Shown here: in pieces, positions 1 to 11,500 of the stretch
How the letters are laid out: each line of letters opens with the position of its first letter
Numbering within the stretch: the first letter of the stretch is position 1
DNA from: an uncultured Chitinophagaceae bacterium
GTDB lineage: Bacteria > Bacteroidota > Bacteroidia > Chitinophagales > CAIOSU01
Assembly (NCBI GenBank): GCA_964543705.1
Contig: CAZIZP010000006.1
Span: 16 to 64,015 of the forward strand
DNA: 64,000 bases
Direction: 5' to 3'
Made by a program: the position numbers and the translations under genes
The notes under the pieces: model-generated
What the model was told of the DNA's origin: nothing
Databases searched by the model: none
The model's input: only the letters and a program-made list of their open reading frames with translations

Positions 1-2241
1 TACATTAGTAGTAGTAATGCTAATTTGTGGACTTGGATTACTATTAACTGCATTACCAGAAGAAGTAGTACATCCATTAGCATCAGTAACTGTAACAGTA
101 TATCCACCTGCACAAAGTCCAGAAATAGATTGTGTATTAGCACCGGTATTCCATAAATAAGTATATGGTGCTTCTCCTGTAGTAACCGATACAGAAGCAG
201 AACCATCACATAAAGGTGCACAGGTAGCATTAATAGTGTTAACATCAGCCACAGGCTCAGGTGCAGATGTTACATTAAAGGGCTGAGAAACTGCAGAACA
301 GCCATTGGCATAAGTTACAGTAACCCGATAAGACCCAACTGAATTTACAGTAATAGTTGCAGTAGTAGCACCTGTTGACCACACGTATGAAGCTGCGGGT
401 GAAGCAGTTTGTAGTGTTAAAGTTGAAGGTTGGTCATCACAAAGTTTATTTCTGCCGGAAACAGAAACTACCTGAGGTTGAAGGATATCTAAATCATCCT
501 GTGGTCTTACAGTAAAAATTTGTCGTTGCGGGCAACCTGTTCCTCCACCCAGTGTTGATGGGTTTACAAAATCACGAGCAATAACTCTAGTTCCGTTTAA
601 ATATGGATAATGTACTTCAACGATATATTCAAAATTAGCCCCATTAGGCAAGCCAAAATGAACTATTTGAGGATCTTGCGTGCCATGACCATTACCACCA
701 TTTACTTCTCTTAAACCAGAAAGTACCGTGTTGCCACAATCTCCTTTCAAAACTATGTTAGCACCTGTTGCAGGTCTATCCGGCACTGTAAGGTTTTTGT
801 TTTCTAGAACCTCTACCATTAAATAGTCACACTTCTTAGAGGTGGAATTCAGATTATTTTCCCAAAGCTGATTGGCACCTCCATTAATATTTAAATACAA
901 ATCAAGATCGCCATCATTATCATAATCAATAAATGCCGAACCTTCAACATTGGCATTTGGAAGTATTCCGAAATTATCAGTCCCGGCTCTAACAAATTTC
1001 ATTGCCTGACCCTGAGAAGTAAGATTTAGAAATAAATAGCTAGGTGCACTACCACTTCCGGTAGCTCCTCCAAAAAAAACGTCTAAGTCACCATCGTTAT
1101 CAATGTCGCCTACTGCAATACCGTCATAACCAAGATCGTAGCCACTGCAATCAGAAAAATCAGTTCTAGAAATGCCTGATGAAGCCCAAGGCTCGTTGGT
1201 TGCAACAAAGTTGCCAGTTCCAACTCCACTCTGCAACCATATTTGGGTTCTGTCATTATCTGTCCATATCATGTCATAGTCGCCATCATTATCTAAGTCA
1301 TACATAGACACTGCACCTTTATTGCCATTACATGCCTGTTGGTCAAAGAAAAAAGCACCTGATGTTACAGGTGCAAAAGTTCCATTGCCATTATTTCTGA
1401 AAAAATCATTTTCATTTCTTTTACGAGCTATAGCATCTACATAACCATCATCATTAAAATCGGTTACTGTTCCATAGTCACCATCAACAGCACTTTGTGG
1501 AAGTCCCAACCCATTTGAATTAGGGGTAGCATGTTGAAAGCCTGAATTGCCATTAGGTATCGCTGCATTTACATAAGAACCATTTTGCGGAATATTGTTT
1601 CTGTAAATATCTATACCCCAGTTGTGGTTTTCAATAAATATGTCCAAATCTCCATCGTTGTCAAAATCGAAAAAACCTATACCTTCCGTATTCATTCCAT
1701 TAGGTATTCCGTTTGAGGGATTATTGTCTCCAGTGCTACTGGTCCATAAAACAAAATTTGGCGTTTGGTTAGTGCCAACGCCAAAACTGTATGCAGGTGA
1801 GCCGCTTGCTCCTTTATTTAAATAAACTTCTATTCTTGTTGATGTGTTTCTTATAAAGTCTAAAAAGCCGTCACCATTTAGATCTCCAGCTACACCAGAG
1901 CGCTCCATCGTATTTCCTCCTGATAGCCCTGAAGCACTTAACCCTTTTGCATGTGTGCTTGTTATATCAGTAAAAGAAAACCCTGAACCTGAACCTCCGT
2001 TTCTATAAAGCCTGCTTCTACCAGAGGAGTTATCGTTATTGGTATTAACCATTAAATCCAAGTCGCCATCGTTATCCATATCAAAAAAGGTGAAACCACC
2101 ATCTTTTGAACCACTAAGATTAACTGCCTTAGCAGTAGCAACGTTTGTAAATGTTGGAGTTTGAGCTGAAATTTTAACAGAATTAAAAATTACAATACAA
2201 AAAATAATTGTAATTGCTGAGAAACTACTTAATTGTTTCAT
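1..2241 (-). CDS. FG-GAP/VCBS-repeat (ASPIC/UnbV, CRTAC1-like) secreted protein with C-terminal SprB-type repeats; 3' end runs off the window
   Basis: Own minus-strand translation from ATG at 2239-2241; it is absent from the ORF track because there is no stop inside the window. Signal peptide MKQLSSFSAITIIFCIVIFNSVKISAQ. Repeated Ca-binding FG-GAP loops (FFDMDNDGDLDL, AGDLNGDGFLD, FFDFDNDGDLDI, VGDIDNDGDLDVF, FIDYDNDGDLDLY). Then SprB-like repeats (CAPLCDGSASVSVTTGEAPYTYLWNTG, TVTVTDANGC). The frame stays open to nt 1. Confidence 0.8.
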   Translation of the reverse strand, partial: MKQLSSFSAITIIFCIVIFNSVKISAQTPTFTNVATAKAVNLSGSKDGGFTFFDMDNDGDLDLMVNTNNDNSSGRSRLYRNGGSGSGFSFTDITSTHAKGLSASGLSGGNTMERSGVAGDLNGDGFLDFIRNTSTRIEVYLNKGASGSPAYSFGVGTNQTPNFVLWTSSTGDNNPSNGIPNGMNTEGIGFFDFDNDGDLDIFIENHNWGIDIYRNNIPQNGSYVNAAIPNGNSGFQHATPNSNGLGLPQSAVDGDYGTVTDFNDDGYVDAIARKRNENDFFRNNGNGTFAPVTSGAFFFDQQACNGNKGAVSMYDLDNDGDYDMIWTDNDRTQIWLQSGVGTGNFVATNEPWASSGISRTDFSDCSGYDLGYDGIAVGDIDNDGDLDVFFGGATGSGSAPSYLFLNLTSQGQAMKFVRAGTDNFGILPNANVEGSAFIDYDNDGDLDLYLNINGGANQLWENNLNSTSKKCDYLMVEVLENKNLTVPDRPATGANIVLKGDCGNTVLSGLREVNGGNGHGTQDPQIVHFGLPNGANFEYIVEVHYPYLNGTRVIARDFVNPSTLGGGTGCPQRQIFTVRPQDDLDILQPQVVSVSGRNKLCDDQPSTLTLQTASPAASYVWSTGATTATITVNSVGSYRVTVTYANGCSAVSQPFNVTSAPEPVADVNTINATCAPLCDGSASVSVTTGEAPYTYLWNTGANTQSISGLCAGGYTVTVTDANGCTTSSGNAVNSNPSPQISITTTNV

Positions 2242-2400
2242 GTTAGTGCCGTTTTTAAGCATTGGAGCGCAAATTTAGGTATAAATGCGTAATAAAATAT
2301 ACGGCAAGTTAATTTTCAAGATTTAAAATGTCAATTATTTTTTTCATAAATCCCAATATTTGCTTGCAGTAAGTGCATTTACGCATTTTTTTATAAAAGG

Positions 2401-2464
2401 TTACAGCTAAATACTACGATTGTGTGAATATCATAATAATACTCATTGTAATATTTAGCTGTAA
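2401..2464. repeat. 13-bp perfect inverted repeat TTACAGCTAAATA / TATTTAGCTGTAA with a 38-nt spacer, between two minus-strand genes
   Basis: Read directly. It lies 74 nt downstream of the 2538..7316 stop and about 160 nt upstream of the 1..2241 start. No clear U-tract follows, so its role (terminator or operator) is open. Confidence 0.5.
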
Positions 2465-2537
2465 TAGCTGAAAATAATTAAAAAGTTAACTTAATTGCAT
2501 ACTTAATAATCTAATTGTGGTTGTTTTAAAAAAAAAA

Positions 2538-5500
2538 TTATTTTTTAAACACTTGAATCTTTCTAAAAGTGGCGAAATTTTGTCCTGAAACCTTTATGAA
2601 ATAATTGCCGGTAACCAAATGCTCTCTTAAATCAATAGATAGCTTCAAGGTTTCTGACTCATTATTTACTGTTAAAGCTTTAATAACTGCCCCATTCATG
2701 TCTATAATATGTACGTGAATTTCTTTTTCATCGGTAGGGGCCAGAATATTCACTAATCCATCGGTAGGGTTAGGGTAAACTTTCACTTCAACATCGCTTG
2801 TAGTAATGCTTGTTGAAGAATTCGTTACACTAATTAAATCAGTATAAGCATATTTACCGTCAAAGTCTATTTGTTTTAATCGGTAGTAAGCTATTCCCTT
2901 CACAGGTTTATTGTCAGAAAATTGATAGCTTAATGCTGTATTGCTGTTTCCCGCACCGGCTACTTCACCCAGGTCTTCAAAATTTTCTCCGTCTAAAGAG
3001 CGTTGTATCAAAAACTTCTCATTATTAATTTCTGTTGCGGTAGTCCAAAACAAATCAACTGCTTTGGTTTTAGTATTCATTGCTCCTGTAAAGGAAAGTA
3101 ATTCTATAGGTAAGCCACTTCCACCACCTTCATCACCTACTCCAAAATCAGAGAAACTGGTTAGCCCTCCTCTTTCAGCTCTAGAGTTTCTCATAATTTG
3201 GCCAATAGACTGACCCAAATTACCTACTATATTATTATTTCTTTGACCATTACCTAAGCCCCAATTGGTAGCAGGAGCTCCTGAAGGTTTTTTAAGAATA
3301 CCTACTTCGGTACTGGTAATAGACCTGAAATTTTTCAAATCGGCAATTACACTATAGCTGCCACTTGTAGGCTGAATATTAGGCTCAATAGTCCACATAC
3401 CTTCTTCGCAAAGGCGAGTGTAAGTAACCCCATCTTCCTGAATATTGGCATTTGCGAGCAAATTACTTATTACTTGAGGGTCTTCATCTAAATCTCTGAA
3501 AATGGTGGTTAGCTGAGAAATACCGTTCATATTGTTGTTTTTAATACTTATCAGATATGCTTCATCAGTGCTTCCTTTCCCTACAGGAAAAGCATAAGTA
3601 TCTCGGTTTCTGTTAAGGTATCTGGTTAAATAGCCTACCACATGGCTATCATCTTCGTTATACTCTTTAATACTGTTATTAGCACTGTTTCTAGCCACTA
3701 CAACGGTGTCGCCATTAGTATATAAATAGCCATCTCTCAAGTACAACTCATGGTTCACCTGAACACTTGCCCCTGTCATATATACTCCTGTTGAAGAAGT
3801 GTTTTCAATATAAAGCCTATGAAATTGAGTGCGGCATGCTGCATAAATGTATTGCGCCATACTGCCATTAAACTTAATATGCCCGTTATTTACTACAAAT
3901 CCGCATCCATCAACATGTAAATTACCTTTTATATTTAAAGTGGCACCTGAGGCACTAGAAAGTGTTGCCATATTTTCAAAATGAATATGGTTTACACTGT
4001 AATCTGAACTTCCATCTAATTCTAAAACATTTGGCGTACCATATGGCACATAAACACTGTCGGTTTCAGAAGGCACTTCATTAGTGCTCCAGTTAGAAGC
4101 TTTTGACCATTTTTTATCAGAAGTGCCTCTCCAGATAATTGTCCCTGCTGGCACTAATGATTCCAAAGAACCAATACTGTAAAAAGTAGATGGGGCGTTT
4201 TGGTTATTATATTCAGTACAAATCCAATCAATAGAACGTACTACATTTGCTAAACGCAATTCATCTATACTACCTTGCAGGTAGCGATTATCACTTCCTA
4301 ATCGTTTTCCAATATTTAAGCCGCCTGTAGTTGAGTTAATTGTACCATTTGCATTTTCAGAAGCTACCAAACTACCGTTTACATATGTAAACAAACGAGG
4401 GTTAGATGCTTTCGCACCATCATAAACGGTAACTACATAAGCCCATGTATCGTTAGGTAAAGTGTTGGCATCATATCTAAAATGTCCACCCGAAGTTGTA
4501 ACTCTTCTGTTTACATAACGATTGCTTCCGTTCTGAATCCCTAACATGTATTGCTCTTGATTCATAGTGGTGCCTTTTACCACAAATGGAGCATCTTGCG
4601 AATTTTGCGGCACTTTTACCCATGCCGACATAGTAATTGCATTACCTGTAATATTTAAACTGCTACTATTAGCTACCGATATAAACTGATTACTGCCATT
4701 AAACGAGCGCGCTTCAGCAATTTTACCTGAATTGTTATTAGTAGAGCCTGAATTTGAGCCATTGTTATTATTTCCGCTGTGATCGTTAATAGAATTATTG
4801 AAATGCCATACAGCATTATAACTATTGCTCCAAACCCCTGTAGAAGATGGATTAGCTGTAACACCTGTTTTTCCGAAATACATGTAAATAGTTTTGTCGG
4901 CATTATGTGGCAATGAAGGAATTTTTACCCAGGCCACAAATAAGCCCGAAGAAGCTGTGTATTTTTCAATTTGATGTTCTAATATGGTATTCCCGTCAGA
5001 ATCAGTAAATACTATATCATAGCCATTGGCATTTAGCACTTTACCTCCATTAGCCAAGGTTCTTAAATCATTATCGGTTACACTTATTAGTATTGGAAAA
5101 TTACTTAGTGTACTGTTTCCACAAACTTTAGTATTATCAATGGTTACAGTTTTTCTGAATTCATACCCTGAAAGCATTTCTATATCTTCAGGCTCACCAT
5201 CTTCCTGATTTACAGTTGTATTTGCTGTAGTAGTGCAGCCATTTTCATCGGTAATAGTTACTGTATAATTTCCTGCTGAAAGATTGGTTCTGCTTGCATT
5301 ATTATTATTACCGCCACCCCAATCGTATTCATATGGGGGCTCTCCACCTGTAGCCGATGCCGTAATGCTACCGTTTCCACAACCATTACAGGTTTCATGT
5401 TGATTAATGGTAATGCTACCTGTTAATGCAGCTGCGGGTTGTTCTATAGTAACTTCAGCTGTAGTAGTAGCACCCACTGCGTCAGTAACGGTTACGGTAT

Positions 5501-7316
5501 AGGTTCCGGCCGTAACATTAATTTTTGTAGCATTGTTTCCACCGCCTGACCATGCATAAGTGTATGGTGTAGTTCCACCTGTTACATTAGCTGTTAATGA
5601 GCCGTTGTTTCCACCAAAACAAGATACATGGGTAGCATCTACTGTGGCACTTAATGGTAGCTGATAACTAATTATTAATCTCGGACGATTTGAAGCCGTG
5701 CTGTTTTCGCGAGAAGCAAAATCTTTTTCTTCATCACCCCCGCTTTCGGTGGCAAACTTTAACAATACACCATAGTTTGGATGTGTTCCGTTAACCCAGT
5801 TTTCTGTTAAATCTTTGATGTTCCAATTGTAGGTGCCATTACCTGCCACTGAAATAGTAGCTTCAGCAGTTGAGTTGAAGTCTCCACCCACAGTTGACCA
5901 TGAAGTATTGGTAGTCCTTCTGTTCCAGGTAACATTTCCTTTAGTTCCATCTGAACAGCCCCCGGTGCCTTCTGTCCACTCGCTGATAATACGATGAACG
6001 CTTAAATTATGAGCACCATTCTTACCTCCAATTTTTTGTAACCTTAACGATGCAGAAACTATTTCTGCATTAGCAGGTATGGATGATAAATCAAACTGAA
6101 ATAAACCTCTTTGTTGTGGACCTCTATTAATATATATCTTATTACAAGTACCGTAGTTATCATCTTTTTTGTTGGTCCAGATTTCAGAATCGATGCTTGC
6201 TGTAATATCTAAATCATAAGTAGGAGTAGAAATTGCCTGCTCGGCACTAAGAGTGTAAAATGCTGATGGATTGTTTTGGTTGTTATATTCTGTTAATATC
6301 CAGTCTGCTGACTTAGCAGCAGTAGAAATTCTAAGTTCATCTAAACTCCCTCTTATACTTCTGTTGTCTGAATTAGATCTTCTTGCAATATACAATGCAT
6401 CAGTGTTTGATGTTATATTTCCCGATGCATTTTGTGAAGAAGTTAACACACCATTTACATACATTCTCATTCGTGGGTTAGCCCCTAATGTGCCATCATA
6501 TACCATTACGACATATGCCCATTGGTTAAAACCCACATTGGTTACATTATACCTGTGATGAGCCGCATTGGTGGTAGTACGCATGTTATAGGTTTTAGTT
6601 CCACCATCATTGTTTACACCAAGCATATACCTTTCTTGATTAGTTGATACTCCTTTTACTACAAATGGAGCATCTTCCGGAACATCAGTAATATTTGCCC
6701 ATGCAGAAATTGTAATGGTATTGCCCGTTATATTTAAACTGCTGCTGTTAGCAACTGTAATATATTGTGAACCATTAAATCCTCTACCTTGTCCGATTTT
6801 TGCTGAACTAACATTGGTTGAACTGAAATTGGCACCATTATTATTATTTGACGTAGCATCACTAATAGAGTTGTTAAAGTGATACACAGCGCGGTAATCA
6901 CTTGTCCATGTACTATTTGATGATGGATTGGTGCTTACACCAGACTTGCCATAATAAATTCTTATTTCAGTATTGGCATTATGTAATAAAACCGGGACTT
7001 TAACCCATGCAATGAGATTACCGGTATTCGCTGTGTAGCTTTCTATCTGAAAGCTCAAATCGGTAGAGCCTGTATTATTAGTAAATAATATATCCCAGCC
7101 ATTGCTGTTTTGTAATCTGCCCCCATTTCCTATAGTTCTTAGCGCATTATCGGTTACAGATATTAATATAGGAAAATCATTTAGGTTATTGCTACCAGAA
7201 ACCTTAGTATGGTCTATGGTTATGGTTTTATAATAGCTAAATCCTGAAGCTGATTGTGCATTAGCATTTAGCCAAGCGAACATAAATGTTAACAATACTA
7301 AACTTAGCTTTTTCAT
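2538..7316 (-). CDS. Giant T9SS (type A CTD) surface protein: 2x [DUF2341-like + LamG/ConA-like lectin], DNRLRE-type module, SprB repeats
   Basis: ORF track, 1592 aa. Signal peptide MKKLSLVLLTFMFAWLNANAQ. Internal duplication (FSYYKTITIDHTKVSG...DELRISTAAKSADWILTEYNNQ versus YEFRKTVTIDNTKVCG...DELRLANVVRSIDWICTEYNNQ). DNRLRE-like RGLFQFDLSSIPANAEIVSASLRL...WTEG. SprB repeats CFGGNNGSLTANVTGGTTPYTYAW. C-terminal VKVYPNPTDGLVNI... is a Por/T9SS sorting tail. Confidence 0.9.
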   Translation of the reverse strand: MKKLSLVLLTFMFAWLNANAQSASGFSYYKTITIDHTKVSGSNNLNDFPILISVTDNALRTIGNGGRLQNSNGWDILFTNNTGSTDLSFQIESYTANTGNLIAWVKVPVLLHNANTEIRIYYGKSGVSTNPSSNSTWTSDYRAVYHFNNSISDATSNNNNGANFSSTNVSSAKIGQGRGFNGSQYITVANSSSLNITGNTITISAWANITDVPEDAPFVVKGVSTNQERYMLGVNNDGGTKTYNMRTTTNAAHHRYNVTNVGFNQWAYVVMVYDGTLGANPRMRMYVNGVLTSSQNASGNITSNTDALYIARRSNSDNRSIRGSLDELRISTAAKSADWILTEYNNQNNPSAFYTLSAEQAISTPTYDLDITASIDSEIWTNKKDDNYGTCNKIYINRGPQQRGLFQFDLSSIPANAEIVSASLRLQKIGGKNGAHNLSVHRIISEWTEGTGGCSDGTKGNVTWNRRTTNTSWSTVGGDFNSTAEATISVAGNGTYNWNIKDLTENWVNGTHPNYGVLLKFATESGGDEEKDFASRENSTASNRPRLIISYQLPLSATVDATHVSCFGGNNGSLTANVTGGTTPYTYAWSGGGNNATKINVTAGTYTVTVTDAVGATTTAEVTIEQPAAALTGSITINQHETCNGCGNGSITASATGGEPPYEYDWGGGNNNNASRTNLSAGNYTVTITDENGCTTTANTTVNQEDGEPEDIEMLSGYEFRKTVTIDNTKVCGNSTLSNFPILISVTDNDLRTLANGGKVLNANGYDIVFTDSDGNTILEHQIEKYTASSGLFVAWVKIPSLPHNADKTIYMYFGKTGVTANPSSTGVWSNSYNAVWHFNNSINDHSGNNNNGSNSGSTNNNSGKIAEARSFNGSNQFISVANSSSLNITGNAITMSAWVKVPQNSQDAPFVVKGTTMNQEQYMLGIQNGSNRYVNRRVTTSGGHFRYDANTLPNDTWAYVVTVYDGAKASNPRLFTYVNGSLVASENANGTINSTTGGLNIGKRLGSDNRYLQGSIDELRLANVVRSIDWICTEYNNQNAPSTFYSIGSLESLVPAGTIIWRGTSDKKWSKASNWSTNEVPSETDSVYVPYGTPNVLELDGSSDYSVNHIHFENMATLSSASGATLNIKGNLHVDGCGFVVNNGHIKFNGSMAQYIYAACRTQFHRLYIENTSSTGVYMTGASVQVNHELYLRDGYLYTNGDTVVVARNSANNSIKEYNEDDSHVVGYLTRYLNRNRDTYAFPVGKGSTDEAYLISIKNNNMNGISQLTTIFRDLDEDPQVISNLLANANIQEDGVTYTRLCEEGMWTIEPNIQPTSGSYSVIADLKNFRSITSTEVGILKKPSGAPATNWGLGNGQRNNNIVGNLGQSIGQIMRNSRAERGGLTSFSDFGVGDEGGGSGLPIELLSFTGAMNTKTKAVDLFWTTATEINNEKFLIQRSLDGENFEDLGEVAGAGNSNTALSYQFSDNKPVKGIAYYRLKQIDFDGKYAYTDLISVTNSSTSITTSDVEVKVYPNPTDGLVNILAPTDEKEIHVHIIDMNGAVIKALTVNNESETLKLSIDLREHLVTGNYFIKVSGQNFATFRKIQVFKK

Positions 7317-7677
7317 AATAGTATATTTTGCCCTTTTTTAAAATCAATTCATTTGTACGTGTATTTAATTAATATTGTTTCATTCAGTTGGTATTATTTG
7401 CTTAATTATATTATTACAAGTAGGTGTTTTATATAAAAAACAACGATGCATTATTAATGTATTTCAGACTTTATTTTTAAAGAAGAACTATAAAAATGTT
7501 GGCTGAATTAACCATAGAAAATGTTTACTCTTCTGCCATATCACACAGCGAAAAGAATTTTAGTAAGCAAGTATAAATTGCAGTCAAAAAAGCGTAGAAG
7601 GAAATGCTAATAAAATAATGTGTAAGAATTTCGAAATACTAAATAACTATTTCGATGGCATAGTTGCAATAATAATA

Positions 7678-8343
7678 TTAATAACTGTTTACCACTCTCA
7701 TCTTTTTTACATGCTGGGTATCATCAGCATCAATCATTACATAGTACTTTCCTTTAGTAAGCATATTTCTTAAATCTAATGAAGCATAGAAGTTTGGTTC
7801 ATTATTAGCAATGCTCATCATTCTTATTACCTGGCCCATTTCGTCTAAAATTTTCACTTCCACATTGCTTTTTGCAGAAGGCAATAACAACCTGAACATA
7901 CCATCGTTAGGATTAGGAATGATAAACGAGGCCTCATGATTATCAGGATAAACCACATTCATACTTATGGTTTCAGTATAAAACTCAGTTTTGTCTTTGG
8001 TAATTAATTTCAGCCTGTAAAACGAAAGACCTTTTAAAGGTTTTACATCGGCACAATTATAGGTTGTGATAGCCCCGGTAGTACCCGCAGCTTTTATAAT
8101 ACATACATCTTCAAAAGTTTCAGTGTCTTCTGAACGCTGTAATACAAACATGTAGCTATTATATTCCGAATTGGTTTCCCAGTTAAGGTGTAGCGTGTTA
8201 GCATTATATTCATAATCGCCCGAAAACGATTTTAAATCTATTGCAGGAACTTCAGCATTGTTGAAAATACTTTTTCCATAACCTGCATTTGCAAAAACCG
8301 ATATACTTATTACTGTAAATAACCAAAATACAACTGCTCTCAT
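7678..8343 (-). CDS. Small secreted protein with Ig/FN3-like module and T9SS type A C-terminal sorting domain
   Basis: 221 aa. Signal peptide MRAVVFWLFTVISISVFANA. Module LHLNWETNSEYNSYMFVLQRSEDTETFEDV...SFYRLKLITKD is shared with both neighbouring giants. Tail FIIPNPNDGMFRLLL. Confidence 0.8.
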   Translation of the reverse strand: MRAVVFWLFTVISISVFANAGYGKSIFNNAEVPAIDLKSFSGDYEYNANTLHLNWETNSEYNSYMFVLQRSEDTETFEDVCIIKAAGTTGAITTYNCADVKPLKGLSFYRLKLITKDKTEFYTETISMNVVYPDNHEASFIIPNPNDGMFRLLLPSAKSNVEVKILDEMGQVIRMMSIANNEPNFYASLDLRNMLTKGKYYVMIDADDTQHVKKMRVVNSY

Positions 8344-8564
8344 CTCAAACCCAATTTATTCGGTTTTTTCTACGCAGAAAGTAGTAATTGGTTACGAAGT
8401 TTGGTTTTTTTCAGGCAGTTTATAGACGAAAGTGCAAAAATCATCGATGAAAATTTATTTTATCACCTTAACAGTAAATACATTTTGCTGCGCGTAACAA
8501 ATTAGGCGCTTATTCGTAGAATTAGAGTTAAGTAAAAAAATTGACACTAACACTTTATGTAATT

Positions 8565-11500
8565 ATGAAAAAATTTTTGAGACTAATTAGTGTTATTGGT
8601 TCAGTAATATTATTGAGTATAAATTTTGCATTTGCACAAGCTACTTTATACTCAGAAACTTTTACTGCTGCAAATAACACTGTTACAGGCAGTGGTAGTC
8701 CACCAAATTGGGAAAGAGATTTAAATGGAAATACTCCCGTAAACATGAGCGTGCAAAGCAATGTTTTTAGGGTTACTAATTCAGGGGGGGAAGTTATATG
8801 GAAATCGAAGCCTATTTTTATTCAAGGCTGGGAAAATATTTCTGCTACAGTAGAAATGCCCGTTATTACAGAAAAAATGGAAAGTGATGATTATATCAAT
8901 TTCTATTATAAGTTAGATGGGGGTGCAGAAACGCTTTTTTCAACTAATGGTGCCAATAGCGGAAATTTTAATGCCGGAAGAGTTGCAAGACAAAAATACC
9001 TTAAAGGAAATACTCTAGAAATAATAGTAAGAATTAAAAACAATGCCGGTGACGAGATTCACTATTTTGATAATGTTACAGTTTCAGGCAGTAATCGTTT
9101 TTATGAAGAGGATTTTATTGTTTATACAAATGGTACTACTTCATCTTCTTTATGGTCAATAAATACTCCTTCTGCAAGAACATTCAGTGTTCAAAATAAC
9201 GAGTTTCAATACAGAAACTCTAGCCAAGCAGCTGTATGGACTTCTTCAGTAATGGACATTTCTGCCTACACAAGTGTTAACCTTCAGGTTACACTAAGAG
9301 AGAATACTGACAGTAGGTTAGAAAATTCAGATTGGATTGAAGTATTATATAAATTAAATGGCGGTGCCGAAACAAGGTTTGAAACCAACGGATATTTTGC
9401 AGATGACTTTCCTTCGCCTTATACTTTTGTGGCTTCGCATAATAATCTTTTAGGTAGTACTATACAAATTATAGTTAAGGCAAAAACCAATGCCGATGAT
9501 GAATATTTCTATTGGGACAATATTTTTATGACAGCCAATATGCCTGTGCCGCCTGTCTTACAACTATTAACAAGCCCGGTAAATGTTACCGGCTGCGAAG
9601 AAGGAAATACCAATGGGGGTGTTTCAATATCAATAATTAATGGGCTTTCGCCATTTACTTATTTATGGTCTAGTGGTGCTACAACTCAAAACTTGGCTAA
9701 TGTAGGTACAGGAAACTATACTGTAACGGTTACTGATTTCAACGGGATTACCGCAACAACAACTCCACAAACCGTGGAACACCCTGCATTAATAAATATT
9801 TCAGTAGTTAAAACACCACCAACAACAGGATTTTCAAGAGATGGAAGTATAGAACTTATAATTACAGGTGGCTCTAAACCCTATACTTTTTCATGGAGTA
9901 ATACTGAAACTACACAAAACATAGATTCTGTTGACTCGGGTTCATACACTTGGTTAGTAAAAGATAGCGCAGGCTGTGAAAAAACCAATATGGAATATTT
10001 GACTTATAATGATACTATTCCTGTAGGCTCCTTTATTATAAATATGGGCGTAACGCCACAAACTATTGCTAATGGGTTAAAACCTTATGGGTTGGTTTAT
10101 CAATTAGTACGCAATCATAAAGTACCGGTAATATGGGCTATAAACCCAAATAAAAATAAAGATGGTATCGACTTTACATACAACGGTACTGACTACAGGG
10201 GTGGCACGTTTGTTATTGAAGAAGGTTTTATAACCAACGATGTAAAAAATTTAATTACTACTTGGCAGGGAAAAGGTGTAGTAGGGGTTTATACCTCATC
10301 GCCAACTGTAATTCCGGTTTACCAAAAAATTACCGGCTTTGCCAGTTTAGTAGTTGATAGTGATAATGAAGGCTTGGTAATTCCATATTTCAATAATGCT
10401 GAAATACCCAGCTCTATATATACTATTGGTTTACCTTCTGATTTAGGCGATTGTCATGACTTTTTTATGATGCCACATGCCGACCCGGAATGGGCAACTC
10501 ATGGAGAGCTATATAATTTTAACCGTACCAGAAAAGGGCATATCTGGTCAGGCTGCCATGCACCTAGTATGCTAGAAGCAGTAGTTAATCCCGGCAATAA
10601 TACTCAACGTTTAAATTTCTTATCAAAATCAGGATTACAATGCTACAAAAGTGGTAGTTGTGGCGTAATTGGGGAAGTTCATGCAGGCACTCATACAGCA
10701 CCCACCATTTATGACAGTCAGTTTAACACACACCCAATTATGCAATTGATGGGAGATATGACAGGTGCAACAAATAACGGTTCAGAAGAGTGGTATATAC
10801 CTATATCAAATGGTGGATGGAATAGTAATGTTGCACGTGCATTAAAAACTAGCGATGGAAGTGCGGGCAAAGAAGGTGTTAAATTGGCATTTGGTTATGG
10901 CTATAATAATCCGCTAAATGGCATTGTAATGTACACAGGTGGTCATACTTCACATGATAAGGGAACAGTACCTGAGAGGGTTGCCGTACAAAGAGCATTT
11001 TTTAATTTTATTCTGCATGCAAGTATAGAAAAATTTATAAGTACAAAGGGAAATATTCCTACTACATTTATAAATATGCAAGGCCAAACCATGTCGGTAA
11101 TTGCTGAAGGAGGAAACCCGCCATACACCTATTCGTGGACGGCCACTGTTCCAGGAACATTTAGTAATGCTGATTCAAGTGTAACAGAATTCATACCTAC
11201 AGGCGGACAGGCAGACAGAAGTTACTTTGTTACTTGTATGATACAAGATGCCTGCGGAAGAATTAATTACGTTAGCTCACCAATAGAGTTTTTTAATATT
11301 AACGGTACTGTAACAAATGTTATTTGTAATGGAGCATCAACCGGAGCGATAGATGTTACTATAACCGGTGGCACACCACCTTACACATATTTATGGTCAA
11401 CAGGTGCCACAACACAAGATATCGTAAATATTCCTGCTGGAGAATATGAAGTATTAGTTGCTGATGCCAGTGGTTATTCTGAAAATAAACTTTTTGAAGT

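Noticed and set aside
1622-1825. 67-aa plus-strand ORF.
   Set aside because: It lies antisense within the FG-GAP repeat gene, which is open across 1..2241 on the minus strand and has strong motifs.
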